DNA of 64,000 nucleotides from an uncultured delta proteobacterium (GTDB taxonomy: Bacteria > Desulfobacterota > BSN033 > UBA1163), in NCBI GenBank assembly GCA_963708295.1, contig CAVPSJ010000014.1, positions 64,001 through 128,000 on the forward strand, read 5' to 3'. The translations under genes were made by a program, and so were the position numbers. Positions 40,580-49,584 of this stretch are shown here, in pieces. The notes beneath the pieces are model-generated. The model did not search any database, was not told the origin of the DNA, and worked only from the letters and a program-made list of their open reading frames with translations. Position 1 is the first letter of the stretch. Every line of letters starts with the position of its first letter.

Positions 40580-40886
40580 CTAAGCCGTTTTGAGTTTGCC
40601 CTCTTTTTTCATTTTATCCATGAAAAAATTGACAGTTTTTTCAGAAATCTTGAGTTTGGCCGCAATCCCCGAAGGCCTTGAGAGACTTCTCCTTGGCCAA
40701 TAGCTCAAGGATTTCATCTTCAACGGTCCTTAACCATTCCTCAAAGAGACCGTTTATCTCTGCAGTAGCATCAGGGGTAACAGAAGACGACCTGACCTGA
40801 GTTTCATCGATGGCGCCCGCCATCCGTTGGGACATCTTCATTCACTTTTCCATCAGGGTGGCCATGAATCCTGCTTTTGCTTTCAT
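40580..40886 (-). CDS. Small Met-rich winged-helix protein with in-frame TGA at codon 15 (candidate selenoprotein); frameshift near 40675
   Basis: GGAGG RBS; MKAKAGFMATLMEK-TGA-MKMSQRM...LFEEWL..VEDEIL...IAAKLKISEKTV; hairpin downstream of TGA. Confidence 0.55.
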
Positions 40887-40887
40887 T

Positions 40888-41106
40888 TCATCCTCCCGTT
40901 CTCTTGAGCTGGGTAATCTGCTCTCTGAGCTCCCCAATCTCTCTCTTGAGATCTTCCGTATGATCGTATCTCCCCATGCCACAAAAGCTGCCTCTTCTAC
41001 GAAAGAATCCTGAGCAGGCGAAAATCATGATCATCATGAGCATAAAACCTACGACCGGGAAGATCCACCACCAACTCCACATATAAGGTCCCCATGTCCA
41101 ACACAT
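40888..41106 (-). CDS. Small single-TM membrane protein with C-terminal coiled coil
   Basis: WWWIFPVVGFMLMMIMIFAC TM helix; in operon with ArsR. Confidence 0.7.
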   Translation of the reverse strand: MCWTWGPYMWSWWWIFPVVGFMLMMIMIFACSGFFRRRGSFCGMGRYDHTEDLKREIGELREQITQLKRTGG

Positions 41107-41107
41107 C

Positions 41108-41461
41108 TTAGTCTCCTCCTTTCATCCACTTACGCATAAATTGCATCGGTGGGCAAGTAAATTGAACTACATCTTTCGTCCTCTTTGGAGAGACGCCGCA
41201 AAGCGAATTCAGCAAATCAATTAAGAAAGGGTCTGCAAGGCCGTAATAGATGAAAGCTCCTCTTCTCTCCGTCGACACAATGCCGCTCTCTCGCAACGGC
41301 CTGAGATGGAAAGACACAAGAGTTTGCGGAAGGGAAGTTTCATCCATGATCTCGGAAACGGACTTCATCTCTTTTCCTATGGCAAAGAGAATTTTGAGCC
41401 GGTTAGGGTCATTTAAGAGTCTGAAGAGTCTGGACAGCGACTCTAAAACTTTCTCATCCAT
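41108..41461 (-). CDS. ArsR/SmtB-family metalloregulator
   Basis: LF.LL.DPNRLKIL...SVSEI...LPQTLVSFHLRPLRESGIV..ERRG...YY. Confidence 0.92.
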   Translation of the reverse strand: MDEKVLESLSRLFRLLNDPNRLKILFAIGKEMKSVSEIMDETSLPQTLVSFHLRPLRESGIVSTERRGAFIYYGLADPFLIDLLNSLCGVSPKRTKDVVQFTCPPMQFMRKWMKGGD

Positions 41462-41465
41462 GACA

Positions 41466-41501
41466 ATATGAGCGCTCTCTTATATGAGTCTACGCTCATA
41501 T
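41466..41501. promoter_or_regulatory. Two overlapping ArsR/SmtB-type operator palindromes
   Basis: ATATGAG-cgctct-CTTATAT and ATATGAG-tctacg-CTCATAT immediately upstream of arsR start. Confidence 0.75.
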
Positions 41502-41659
41502 TAAAACCTCGGGAACGTTTTGTCAAGAAAAAAGTTTAAAAAAGTTTGAGTCCGAAGCATCCCCGTATGATCCTCTGAACAGAATTCTAACCCTGTGATC
41601 CGATCCGTCATTGGAATCCAAGGGATTTCGGGGGACCGAAAGGCGCCGAGAGCGGTGGG

Positions 41660-42838
41660 TCATCCATTTGAGGCCAGATTTCGGCGGTTGCCGGTCTGAC
41701 GCTCGCCCATCCCTGCGCTCAACGGAATGATCAACAGCAATAGAGCACAACATACCACAGCGCTCCAGCCGCCTAGCCGATAAGCAAATCCTGTCCCTGT
41801 GATTCCAAGCCAGCCTCCCGTATAGTAGAACAGCACGTAGAGGGCGTTGGCACGGCCTTGTCCCCTGGAGAGCTTCCGGTTGAGAGCGCCCACGGCGGAT
41901 GCGTGAATCGTGAAGAAGCCTGTGCAGATCCCGAAGAGGCCCAACAGGACTGCAACCATGGAAGGGATGAGGATGAGGGCCAGAGAACCCGCCAAAATAA
42001 CAGCGCCCCCCAATAGCGTGTTACCGGTTCCGAAGCGATTGCTGATTCGGCCGGAGGTGGGTCCCATGAAGATACCGACGACATAGACGAGGTAGACAAG
42101 AGTCGTAAGCTCTGTGGAGAGACGGAAGGGCGGAGCGGTCAGTCTGAAGGGCAGGTAGTTGAAAATGGATGAAAAAATTGCAAAGCTGCCCGCCGCACAG
42201 AAATAAAGGCGCAGGGTTTCCCAGTGCCTCAGCAGTTCAATAAAGCGGATGGATTTTTCTCGCTGTCCGACGGCGGCTGGAGTGCGGGGCAGTCCCCGCA
42301 AAGCAAAGAATGTTGTAACGAGGATGAGGACGGAGGCCGATACAAGAGCATAGCGCCAGTGCAGCGGCGGGTGAATCCATCCGCCAAGGAACCGGCCTCC
42401 CATTCCACCCAGTACGGTTGCAGATATGTAAGAACCCATCACCACGCTCAGCCTCTCCGCCGGGAGTGTCTTTGCCAGATAGGCCGCGAGGCATGTCGTC
42501 AAAGCAGGAATGAAAAGACCCTGGACGAAACGGGCCCCGATGAAAAGCCAGAAATCCTTTGTCACCGCACAGACGAGGCCACCCAGAGCCACAAAGACAC
42601 CTCCGGCAAGAATGATGGGGTGGATCGGCAACCGGTCTGCCAGGAAGCCAAAGGGCAGATTGGACAAAGCCATCCCGAGGATGACCGCAGAGACGGTGAA
42701 AGAAACGAGCACCATGTCAACGGAGAACTCCTGCCGGAGCACCGGCAAGACGGGTTGGGTGATGTAGATGTTTGTGAAGGAGGCCGTGACCAGGGCAAAA
42801 ACGGTGAATTGGAGGCGGAGATACGAAGAGTCAGCCAT
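41660..42838 (-). CDS. MFS transporter (YnfM-like), copy 2
   Basis: Near-identical paralog of 37786-38960 (MADSSYLRLQ...). Confidence 0.92.
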   Translation of the reverse strand: MADSSYLRLQFTVFALVTASFTNIYITQPVLPVLRQEFSVDMVLVSFTVSAVILGMALSNLPFGFLADRLPIHPIILAGGVFVALGGLVCAVTKDFWLFIGARFVQGLFIPALTTCLAAYLAKTLPAERLSVVMGSYISATVLGGMGGRFLGGWIHPPLHWRYALVSASVLILVTTFFALRGLPRTPAAVGQREKSIRFIELLRHWETLRLYFCAAGSFAIFSSIFNYLPFRLTAPPFRLSTELTTLVYLVYVVGIFMGPTSGRISNRFGTGNTLLGGAVILAGSLALILIPSMVAVLLGLFGICTGFFTIHASAVGALNRKLSRGQGRANALYVLFYYTGGWLGITGTGFAYRLGGWSAVVCCALLLLIIPLSAGMGERQTGNRRNLASNG

Positions 42839-43546
42839 TCTTACTCACATCACAAAAATTCGGTACCGCACTAATGTTCGCTGATGCTTTACATTTTAAC
42901 TCCTTTTCTTCATTGGTGCACTTCGCTTCAAGGACGTCTATGCCGCACTCCTCCTGATCGGCTTTCCCCTACTTATCTTCAATAACCACTTAGTCTGGAA
43001 GTTGACGATTGCGAATAGAAATGTGCATGCTTCGAGGAATATTTTTTTAATAAGATTCTCTTACCATCAGTCCAATATAGCCGATATTCTCTTATATCTG
43101 GCCTGTATTTGCAGTGCATGTAGCAGTGGGACGGAGAGGGGGTTGGAGAATGATTCCACGGGTAGTGCCACTGATAATTTGGAGATTTTTGAGAGGTGCC
43201 CTGGCATTTCGGGGAGGTCAGGGGGCCCACCTCATAGATCTTCTGAATCAGCTGAGCCCAGTTTTTCGTGTATTCTTAGGATGAGCCTTCGGGTCCCAGG
43301 ATGCAGGGTATCCATTCATCTTCATCTCGGAATTATGATTTCATGAACGTGCCCCGTCCAACACGACATCGCATTCAACTGAAAGGGAAAAAGTGAGAAG
43401 AAGTGCTTGACGGCGATGGGTTCATTGATGAAATATCGGGTAACCCAGGTCGCCTTGGTGCGACAGGTTGGGAGGAATGGATTGAGTTTGGTGATCACCT
43501 TGGATCAGAGCAGTCGGTCAAATTCCAAGGGAATGAACGGCCGCAA

Positions 43547-43684
43547 TCAACCCAATAGGGACCCAACGACTCCCGTAAGTTTAGCTATGGCTTTTGCAAA
43601 AGCTTTCCACCATTTATGGAATTCTTGGCCTTTGGACATCCATTCTTCTTCGTATTGGATCTCGTTTAAATTGATTAGGTCCAT
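43547..43684 (-). CDS. 45-aa peptide with acidic N-half and amphipathic cationic C-half
   Basis: MDLINLNEIQYEEEWMSKGQEFHKWWKAFAKAIAKLTGVVGSLLG; AAGGAG RBS; upstream sigma54 site. Confidence 0.55.
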   Translation of the reverse strand: MDLINLNEIQYEEEWMSKGQEFHKWWKAFAKAIAKLTGVVGSLLG

Positions 43685-43763
43685 GATACTATGCTCCTTT
43701 CGTGCCTATGGCTGGAAGATTACTCTGTCTGTTCCATCTTATTCCGTCTAGGAATGGTTTAGA

Positions 43764-43780
43764 AGCAATAAATATGCCAA
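43764..43780 (-). promoter_or_regulatory. Sigma54 (-24/-12) promoter
   Basis: TTGGCAT-ATTTA-TTGCT on minus strand with correct GG-N10-GC spacing. Confidence 0.65.
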
Positions 43781-44224
43781 ACACGACTATTGTTCAATGC
43801 TTGATATGTTGTATAAAGATTTTAACAGGTTATCTTCAGATACCCTCTCAGCGTGGATCCCTGAAGATATGAGAACTAACGGGTTTTGTCACCGATGATT
43901 GAAATGAATTATTAGCTATATTTTTGACCTTCTCTATGCTGAATGGTATTGGCCGGTCCGAGAACGATTTGCAACACCTGGGCAGGAAGAACTCCAGGAG
44001 GATTTCAACGAGGAACTTCAGGAATATCATTCCCGGAGGTCTCATCAGTCTTATCACGACATGGGAAATCATCATTTCGAGATTCAAACTCTAAATGCAT
44101 TGGAGGTGGTGTATACGGGTGAGCAAAGAGACTGCGGGGTTGGGCATGCTCTGCAAAAATATCTGGTTGCGAACTTTAAGAAGTTATCCTCATTTCCCGA
44201 AGAGTCCGTTGGACACTGAAGATT

Positions 44225-44361
44225 AAATCCCTCCTCCCTCCCCTTACAAGAGGGAGGAACTACCCCTCTTGGGTAGCTTTTTCCTGTCGTTAGACAGGCA
44301 AAGAGGAGTGAGGGGAGATTTCCTGAAACATATGTCTTCTCTATGATGGGCTCCTTAGTAA
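44225..44361. mobile_element. MITE/REP composite family B, copy 2
   Basis: ...GGCAAAGAGG.G.GAGGGGAGATTT..ACATATGTCTT..ATGGGCTCCTTAGTAA matches 36449-36556 inverted. Confidence 0.6.
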
Positions 44362-44546
44362 AACCTACGATGGCATTTAATGCAGAAAATGTAAGGCCCG
44401 AATGAGAGAGTCAGAAAGCCACGCCGATTTCAAGTTCATGATGAAGGTTGGATCGATGATGGATGAGGGAATGCTTCAGCAAAGAACACAAGTTTTTCAC
44501 TCAAGACTGACTTGCGAAGTTGGCCACTAGGGATAGACGGCGGATG

Positions 44547-44573
44547 CAGGCCCCGCCTTGCGGGCGGGGCCTG
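44547..44573 (-). terminator. GC hairpin after liv-type binding protein gene
   Basis: CAGGCCCCGCC-ttgcg-GGCGGGGCCTG 11-bp stem. Confidence 0.55.
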
Positions 44574-44583
44574 GGAGATCTCG

Positions 44584-45786
44584 CTATCGGGCGGACCATG
44601 CAGGTTGAGGGAACATGGGTGAAGTTTGGGCGGCCTCTTTTGGGAAAACCGTCTTGATCGCCCCCTTTTGGATCTGGAAGGTGACGCTCTTTCCCGTCAC
44701 ATTTCTTCCGTTCGCATCAAATTGGGTCGCTCCCCAGAAGGTGGTTCCGTTATAGGATCGCATGGCTTCCCTGACTTTATCCATCTGGAGGCTCTTTGCT
44801 TTTTCGATCGCGAGCTGCAGCAAAAGACCCGCCTGGCTTGCAGCGGCAGCCTGATAGGTGAGGCCGGACCCGAATTTCTTGGCGTAGAGGGACGCATAAT
44901 TTTGGGTCGAGCCAAAGACCGGGCACTTGAAATTTGCCTCGGGCATCCACCACGAGACGCCATAGACATATTCCGCATCCTTCCCAAGGTTCTTGGTGAA
45001 GTCCTCCAGCTCCGGGCCCGTGGTGAAGACCACGGCCTTAAAGTCCACCTTCTGATCTTTCGACTGCCGGACGGCCAAGATCGCATCGTCCAGGTAGCCC
45101 GTGCCCATAAGGACATCTGGCTTGAGGGACTTGATCTTCAGGAGGAGCGAAGAAAGATCCTTGGCCCCCTTGGGGTACTTCTCGAAAAAAACCATGTCGA
45201 GCTTCAACTCTTTGGCGTAATTCTGCGCCCCTTCCGCGACATTGAGCGGGAAGAGATCTGTGGGGGAGATCATGGCCAGCTTCTTCGGAGCGGGGTTAAA
45301 GGTGCTGAGCATATCGAGAAAACTGCGCAGGATGGCGCTGGCTGGCGGGAGGATGGAAAAGACATTCTTGTATCCCCGGGTGTAAACCGAATCCGCATTG
45401 GCCGTACAGGCCATATTGATGATGTCGTACTTCTCGGCGATCGCCGAGGTGGCCAGCGTGATCCCGCTCGAATAGGGCCCGAGGAGAAACTGGACCTTGT
45501 CCTGTGTGATCAGCTTCTCGGTCAGCTTCGCGCTGACCTGGGGGTCGGATTGGTCGTCGTAGTAGATGACATCCACTTTGAATTTCTTCCCGGCGACGTC
45601 GATCCCTCCCTTGTCGTTGACATAGTCCTTCCACAACTCGTAGCCGTTCTTAACCATGTTTCCGAAGCGCGACTGGGCCCCCGTCAAAGAGACTGCTGCG
45701 CCGAACTTAATGACATCCTGGGCCATCGCAGCCGAGCTGATCAGAACCAGACCCAACACCAGTAACATTGCCCATTTCCTTTTCAT
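44584..45786 (-). CDS. Branched-chain amino acid (HAAT) ABC substrate-binding protein
   Basis: Signal peptide; SLTG..S.FG; YDDQSDP; LGPYSSG. Confidence 0.92.
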   Translation of the reverse strand: MKRKWAMLLVLGLVLISSAAMAQDVIKFGAAVSLTGAQSRFGNMVKNGYELWKDYVNDKGGIDVAGKKFKVDVIYYDDQSDPQVSAKLTEKLITQDKVQFLLGPYSSGITLATSAIAEKYDIINMACTANADSVYTRGYKNVFSILPPASAILRSFLDMLSTFNPAPKKLAMISPTDLFPLNVAEGAQNYAKELKLDMVFFEKYPKGAKDLSSLLLKIKSLKPDVLMGTGYLDDAILAVRQSKDQKVDFKAVVFTTGPELEDFTKNLGKDAEYVYGVSWWMPEANFKCPVFGSTQNYASLYAKKFGSGLTYQAAAASQAGLLLQLAIEKAKSLQMDKVREAMRSYNGTTFWGATQFDANGRNVTGKSVTFQIQKGAIKTVFPKEAAQTSPMFPQPAWSAR

Positions 45787-45798
45787 GTTCTTCTCCTT

Positions 45799-46506
45799 TC
45801 ACAGGCCTAAGTAAGCCTTTTTGATCTCCGGATCGTTTTTCAGCAGTTCAGATTCATTTTCCAGAACAATCCTTCCGTTATCAATCACATATCCTCGTTT
45901 TGAAATTTGCAGGGCTGTCTGCACATCCTGATCGACAAGGAGGACGGTCAGCCTCTTCTCCTGATGAATCTTTGTCAGGGTTTGAATGAGGAGATCGACG
46001 ACCACGGGAGCGAGTCCCAGGGAGAGCTCATCGACGAGCAGGAGCTGGGGGTCCGCCATCAGGGCCCTGCCGATGGCGCACATCTGGCTCTCACCCCCGC
46101 TCAGGGTTCCTGCAAGCTGATCGCGTCGCTCCTCTAGAATGGAAAAGATGCTGTAGACCCACTCCTTATCTTTTTGGATAGCCTCCTTGTTGCTACGGGT
46201 GTAAGCGCCCATCATCAGGTTATCTTCCACCGTCATTCCCGCATAGAGCTGTCTTCCTTCAGGGATCATACTGATTCCGTTTCTCACCCTTCTGGTCTGC
46301 GGCTGATGGGTAATATCCTCTCCCTTATAAAGAATCCGGCCTCCCATGGGGAGGATGTTTCCTGCGATCGTACGCATGAGGGTGGTCTTGCCGACGCCGT
46401 TCGACCCGATGAGAGCAGTGATCTCCCCTGTTTTCGCCGTCAGATTTATCTCCCAGATGACCTGAACGACTCCGTAGCCTCCGTTCAGGTTGCTAATCTC
46501 CAGCAT
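45799..46506 (-). CDS. livF: HAAT ABC ATPase (LivF-like)
   Basis: GSNGVGKT; PEGR; LSGGE; DELSLGLAP. Confidence 0.9.
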   Translation of the reverse strand: MLEISNLNGGYGVVQVIWEINLTAKTGEITALIGSNGVGKTTLMRTIAGNILPMGGRILYKGEDITHQPQTRRVRNGISMIPEGRQLYAGMTVEDNLMMGAYTRSNKEAIQKDKEWVYSIFSILEERRDQLAGTLSGGESQMCAIGRALMADPQLLLVDELSLGLAPVVVDLLIQTLTKIHQEKRLTVLLVDQDVQTALQISKRGYVIDNGRIVLENESELLKNDPEIKKAYLGL

Positions 46507-47263
46507 GGGAGACCTCCTCAAACCTCTTCGAGTACCTCTCCCCCAGGTAGGCAGCGATCACCTGCCGGTTTTCCGTGATCTCCTCGGGAGTGCCCTCGGC
46601 TATTTTCTGGCCGTGATGAAGGACAATGATCCTGTTCGAGATTCCCATGATGGCCTTCATCACGTGTTCGATGACCATGATCGTTGTTCCTCCCCGGTTC
46701 ACCTCCTGGATCACCGCCATGATATCCTCTATCTCACGGGGAGTCAATCCGGCCATCACTTCATCCAGGAGGAGGATCTCCGGATCCTGGGTCAAAGCGC
46801 GGGCCAGCTCGAGCCTTTTCCTTTCAGAGACGTTCAGCTTCTCTACGAGGACATTCTCTTTGCCCTTCAGGGCCACCTTCCGGATCGTCTCTCCGGCCTT
46901 TTCCATGGCCCTCGACATCTTCTTCTCAGGCTTCTTGCCGAAGAGGGCACCGATCGCGACATTTTCCAGGGCCGTCATCCCGGGAAAGGGCTTGACGATC
47001 TGGAAGGTTCTCGATATCCCGAGCTCGGCGATCCGAAAGGGCTTGAGACCGGTAATCTCTTTCTCTTTGAAAAAAATCTTTCCGTGGGTGATCGGAAGAG
47101 TCCCGTTGATTACGGAAAGAAGCGTCGTCTTGCCGGCGCCGTTGGGACCAATGATGCCCAGGATCTCGCCGCGGTGGAGCTCAAAATTGACGTCATCCAA
47201 AGCCCTCAGGGCACCGAAATACTTTGAGACGTTCGCTCCTGTCAGGATCGATTCCGGGGTCAT
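46493..47263 (-). CDS. livG: HAAT ABC ATPase (LivG-like)
   Basis: GPNGAGKT; RTFQ; LDEVMAGL; IEH. Confidence 0.9.
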   Translation of the reverse strand: MTPESILTGANVSKYFGALRALDDVNFELHRGEILGIIGPNGAGKTTLLSVINGTLPITHGKIFFKEKEITGLKPFRIAELGISRTFQIVKPFPGMTALENVAIGALFGKKPEKKMSRAMEKAGETIRKVALKGKENVLVEKLNVSERKRLELARALTQDPEILLLDEVMAGLTPREIEDIMAVIQEVNRGGTTIMVIEHVMKAIMGISNRIIVLHHGQKIAEGTPEEITENRQVIAAYLGERYSKRFEEVSHAGD

Positions 47264-48231
47264 ACCTTCTCCTCACGGATGGTATCGAGGATCGTTTTGA
47301 GACGGAATCCCCTGCGGGCCATGTCGATCAGGCCGTTGGGGATGAAGAAGACGATCAGGATGACGATGATTCCGAGAATTCCCATGTGCAAGTTCAAAAA
47401 CCTGCTCCAGACGATCTCGGAGATTCCTTCGAAGATGAAGGCCCCGTAGAGGGGGCCCATGACCGTTCCCGCCCCTCCCAGAAGTAAGATGACAAAGAGC
47501 TTGACAACAATCATGACGTCGAACACCGTAGCGGGCTCGATAAACGTAAACCAGTAGGCATAGATCCCGCCGGCGATCGCCGTGAAAAGCCCACTGATCG
47601 CCCAGGCAATGATCTTATACAGGGTGGTGTTGATGCCCATGGTGTCCGCGGCCTCTTCGTTGGCCTTGATCGCCTTGAGCGCGTAGCCCAGCCGGTTCTT
47701 GGAAATGGTGTAGGTGGCGGCAAAGAAGATCAGGAGAAGGACAAACATGAGATAATAGAAGGATACGTTGACCTGCGCAGGTTTTCCTGCCATCTGTGGA
47801 AGTGTCAGCCCCATGGCTCCCCCACATAGGTCTGTGAGGTTGTCCATGATTTGGCGCACCGCTTCCGCTGCTCCCAGGGAAGCAAGAGCAAAGTAGTGTC
47901 CCTTGAGTCGAAGAAGGGGCATGCCGATCAGGATCGCCACGAGGATCCCTACTACGCCGGCGGCCATCATGGAAGGGAAAAAGGGAATCCCGGCCTTGAC
48001 CATCAGAATTCCAACCGTATATCCCCCCAGGCCGAAAAAGATCATATTCCCGAAGGAGGCATATCCTGTAAATCCTGCGATGATATTCAACCCCTGGGCC
48101 AGGATGGCATACAGGAAGATACCCGTCAGCAGCCGGATCCAGAACCCCGAGGCAATATAAGGAAAGAGGGCGCACGCCAGCAGGGCGATCAGGAGGATGA
48201 TTTTATATGCCTTACCCGGTAATTTGATCAT
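47260..48231 (-). CDS. livM: HAAT ABC permease (LivM-like)
   Basis: GFTGYASFG; LRLKGHYFA; NEEAA..MGIN; LGGAGT..GP. Confidence 0.9.
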   Translation of the reverse strand: MIKLPGKAYKIILLIALLACALFPYIASGFWIRLLTGIFLYAILAQGLNIIAGFTGYASFGNMIFFGLGGYTVGILMVKAGIPFFPSMMAAGVVGILVAILIGMPLLRLKGHYFALASLGAAEAVRQIMDNLTDLCGGAMGLTLPQMAGKPAQVNVSFYYLMFVLLLIFFAATYTISKNRLGYALKAIKANEEAADTMGINTTLYKIIAWAISGLFTAIAGGIYAYWFTFIEPATVFDVMIVVKLFVILLLGGAGTVMGPLYGAFIFEGISEIVWSRFLNLHMGILGIIVILIVFFIPNGLIDMARRGFRLKTILDTIREEKV

Positions 48232-48342
48232 CTGTTGTAACCAGAATTCAGAAGAAACAATAAAGTGCTGCCGTGCTGCGGTACGGCTGTTCTGCGGCAC
48301 CGCCAGGACTGCAACACTGCGGGACGCCTCTCTATCTCGATA

Positions 48343-48423
48343 TTTTCTGCGTTCTGTTTACCGCCTACTGTCCACTGTTTACTACTTACGGATCACTGTG
48401 CTGATAACTGATTACTGACTCTA
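48343..48423. repeat. Degenerate heptamer short tandem repeat (TACTGAC-like)
   Basis: ttctgcg ttctgtt taccgcc tactgtc cactgtt tactact ... aactgat tactgac. Confidence 0.55.
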
Positions 48424-48432
48424 ATCCTTCTC

Positions 48433-49293
48433 CTAATAGAACCGCTTCCCGATGATTCCCTGGGGCCTGAAGATCAGAACGATGACGAGCACGATAAATC
48501 CGAACGCCTCCTGGTATGCGGCAGAGAAGAAGAAACTACCGACCTGCTCAGCCAATCCCAGGGCCATTCCTCCGGCCAGAGAGCCCATGGTGCCTCCAAG
48601 ACCGCCGAGGATGGCTACCACGAAGGCCTTACCGACCAGAGGACCTCCGATAAATGGGTTAATGGTCATAATGGGCGAAATCAAGGCGCCTGCTGCTCCT
48701 CCCAGGGCGGCGCTGATTCCCATCGTCCGGGCATAGATTTCAGCGACATCGACCCCTACGGTTTTCGCTCCCTCCAGATTGAGAGCTGTTGCGCTGATTG
48801 CTTTACCCGTCTTTGTTTTCACCATCAGAAGATAAAAAAGAGAGGTAAGAATTAAGGCGACGATGAATATGGCACACCGGATGTAAGGAAGAACCAGGCC
48901 TCCTAATTCGATTCCCTCGCCCGAGTAACTCGGCGCCACCGATTTGAAATCGGCGGTCCAGATCAGAAGGGCCACGTTGGCAATTAATATCTGGAGTCCG
49001 AAGGTAAAAGTGAGTGTGATGAAGATGCTGGCTCGAATGATGTAGTTCAAAAGATACTTCTGCGAGGCATACCCGATAAAATAGAGGGCGATCATGGAAA
49101 CAGGAAGGGTCAAGAAAGGGTCGATCTTCAAATAAGTAAAGAGCGTGTAAGTGATGTAGGCGCCCAGCATAATGAAGGATCCGTGGGCCAGGTTAATAAT
49201 ATTCATCACCCCCCAGACAAGCGAGAATCCCATGCCGATGCAGACATAGACAGCGCCGAAAAGAATGCCGTTGAGGATCGCTTGGAGGATCAT
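48433..49293 (-). CDS. livH: HAAT ABC permease (LivH-like)
   Basis: GFSLVWGVMNIINLAHG; LGGLG; RPQGI. Confidence 0.9.
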   Translation of the reverse strand: MILQAILNGILFGAVYVCIGMGFSLVWGVMNIINLAHGSFIMLGAYITYTLFTYLKIDPFLTLPVSMIALYFIGYASQKYLLNYIIRASIFITLTFTFGLQILIANVALLIWTADFKSVAPSYSGEGIELGGLVLPYIRCAIFIVALILTSLFYLLMVKTKTGKAISATALNLEGAKTVGVDVAEIYARTMGISAALGGAAGALISPIMTINPFIGGPLVGKAFVVAILGGLGGTMGSLAGGMALGLAEQVGSFFFSAAYQEAFGFIVLVIVLIFRPQGIIGKRFY

Positions 49294-49584
49294 CTTCTTA
49301 AACTCTTATGTGTCGTGTCGGAGAAAAGCTGCAACGGGGTTGTCTTATCGTTCGACGACTTATATTCCCATCACACTTTCGCTCCGAGGGGCGTCATGTG
49401 TTTACTTTCACATGTCAGACACTACAGGCGTTTATATATTGTTATTGAATTCTTGTCAATTCTTCTTTTTTCCCCGTAGGTTGTCACTCTAAGAATAGAA
49501 GATCACGAAGGTTTTAGCCTGGGAAAAAGAAACGCGTTGGCATCAGGTGAATTTCCTATGTCAAATTGAAGTGCATCCGGGGCA

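Noticed and set aside
44626-45765. 379-aa plus-strand ORF
   Set aside because: Antisense shadow of the ABC binding-protein gene; no recognisable motifs.
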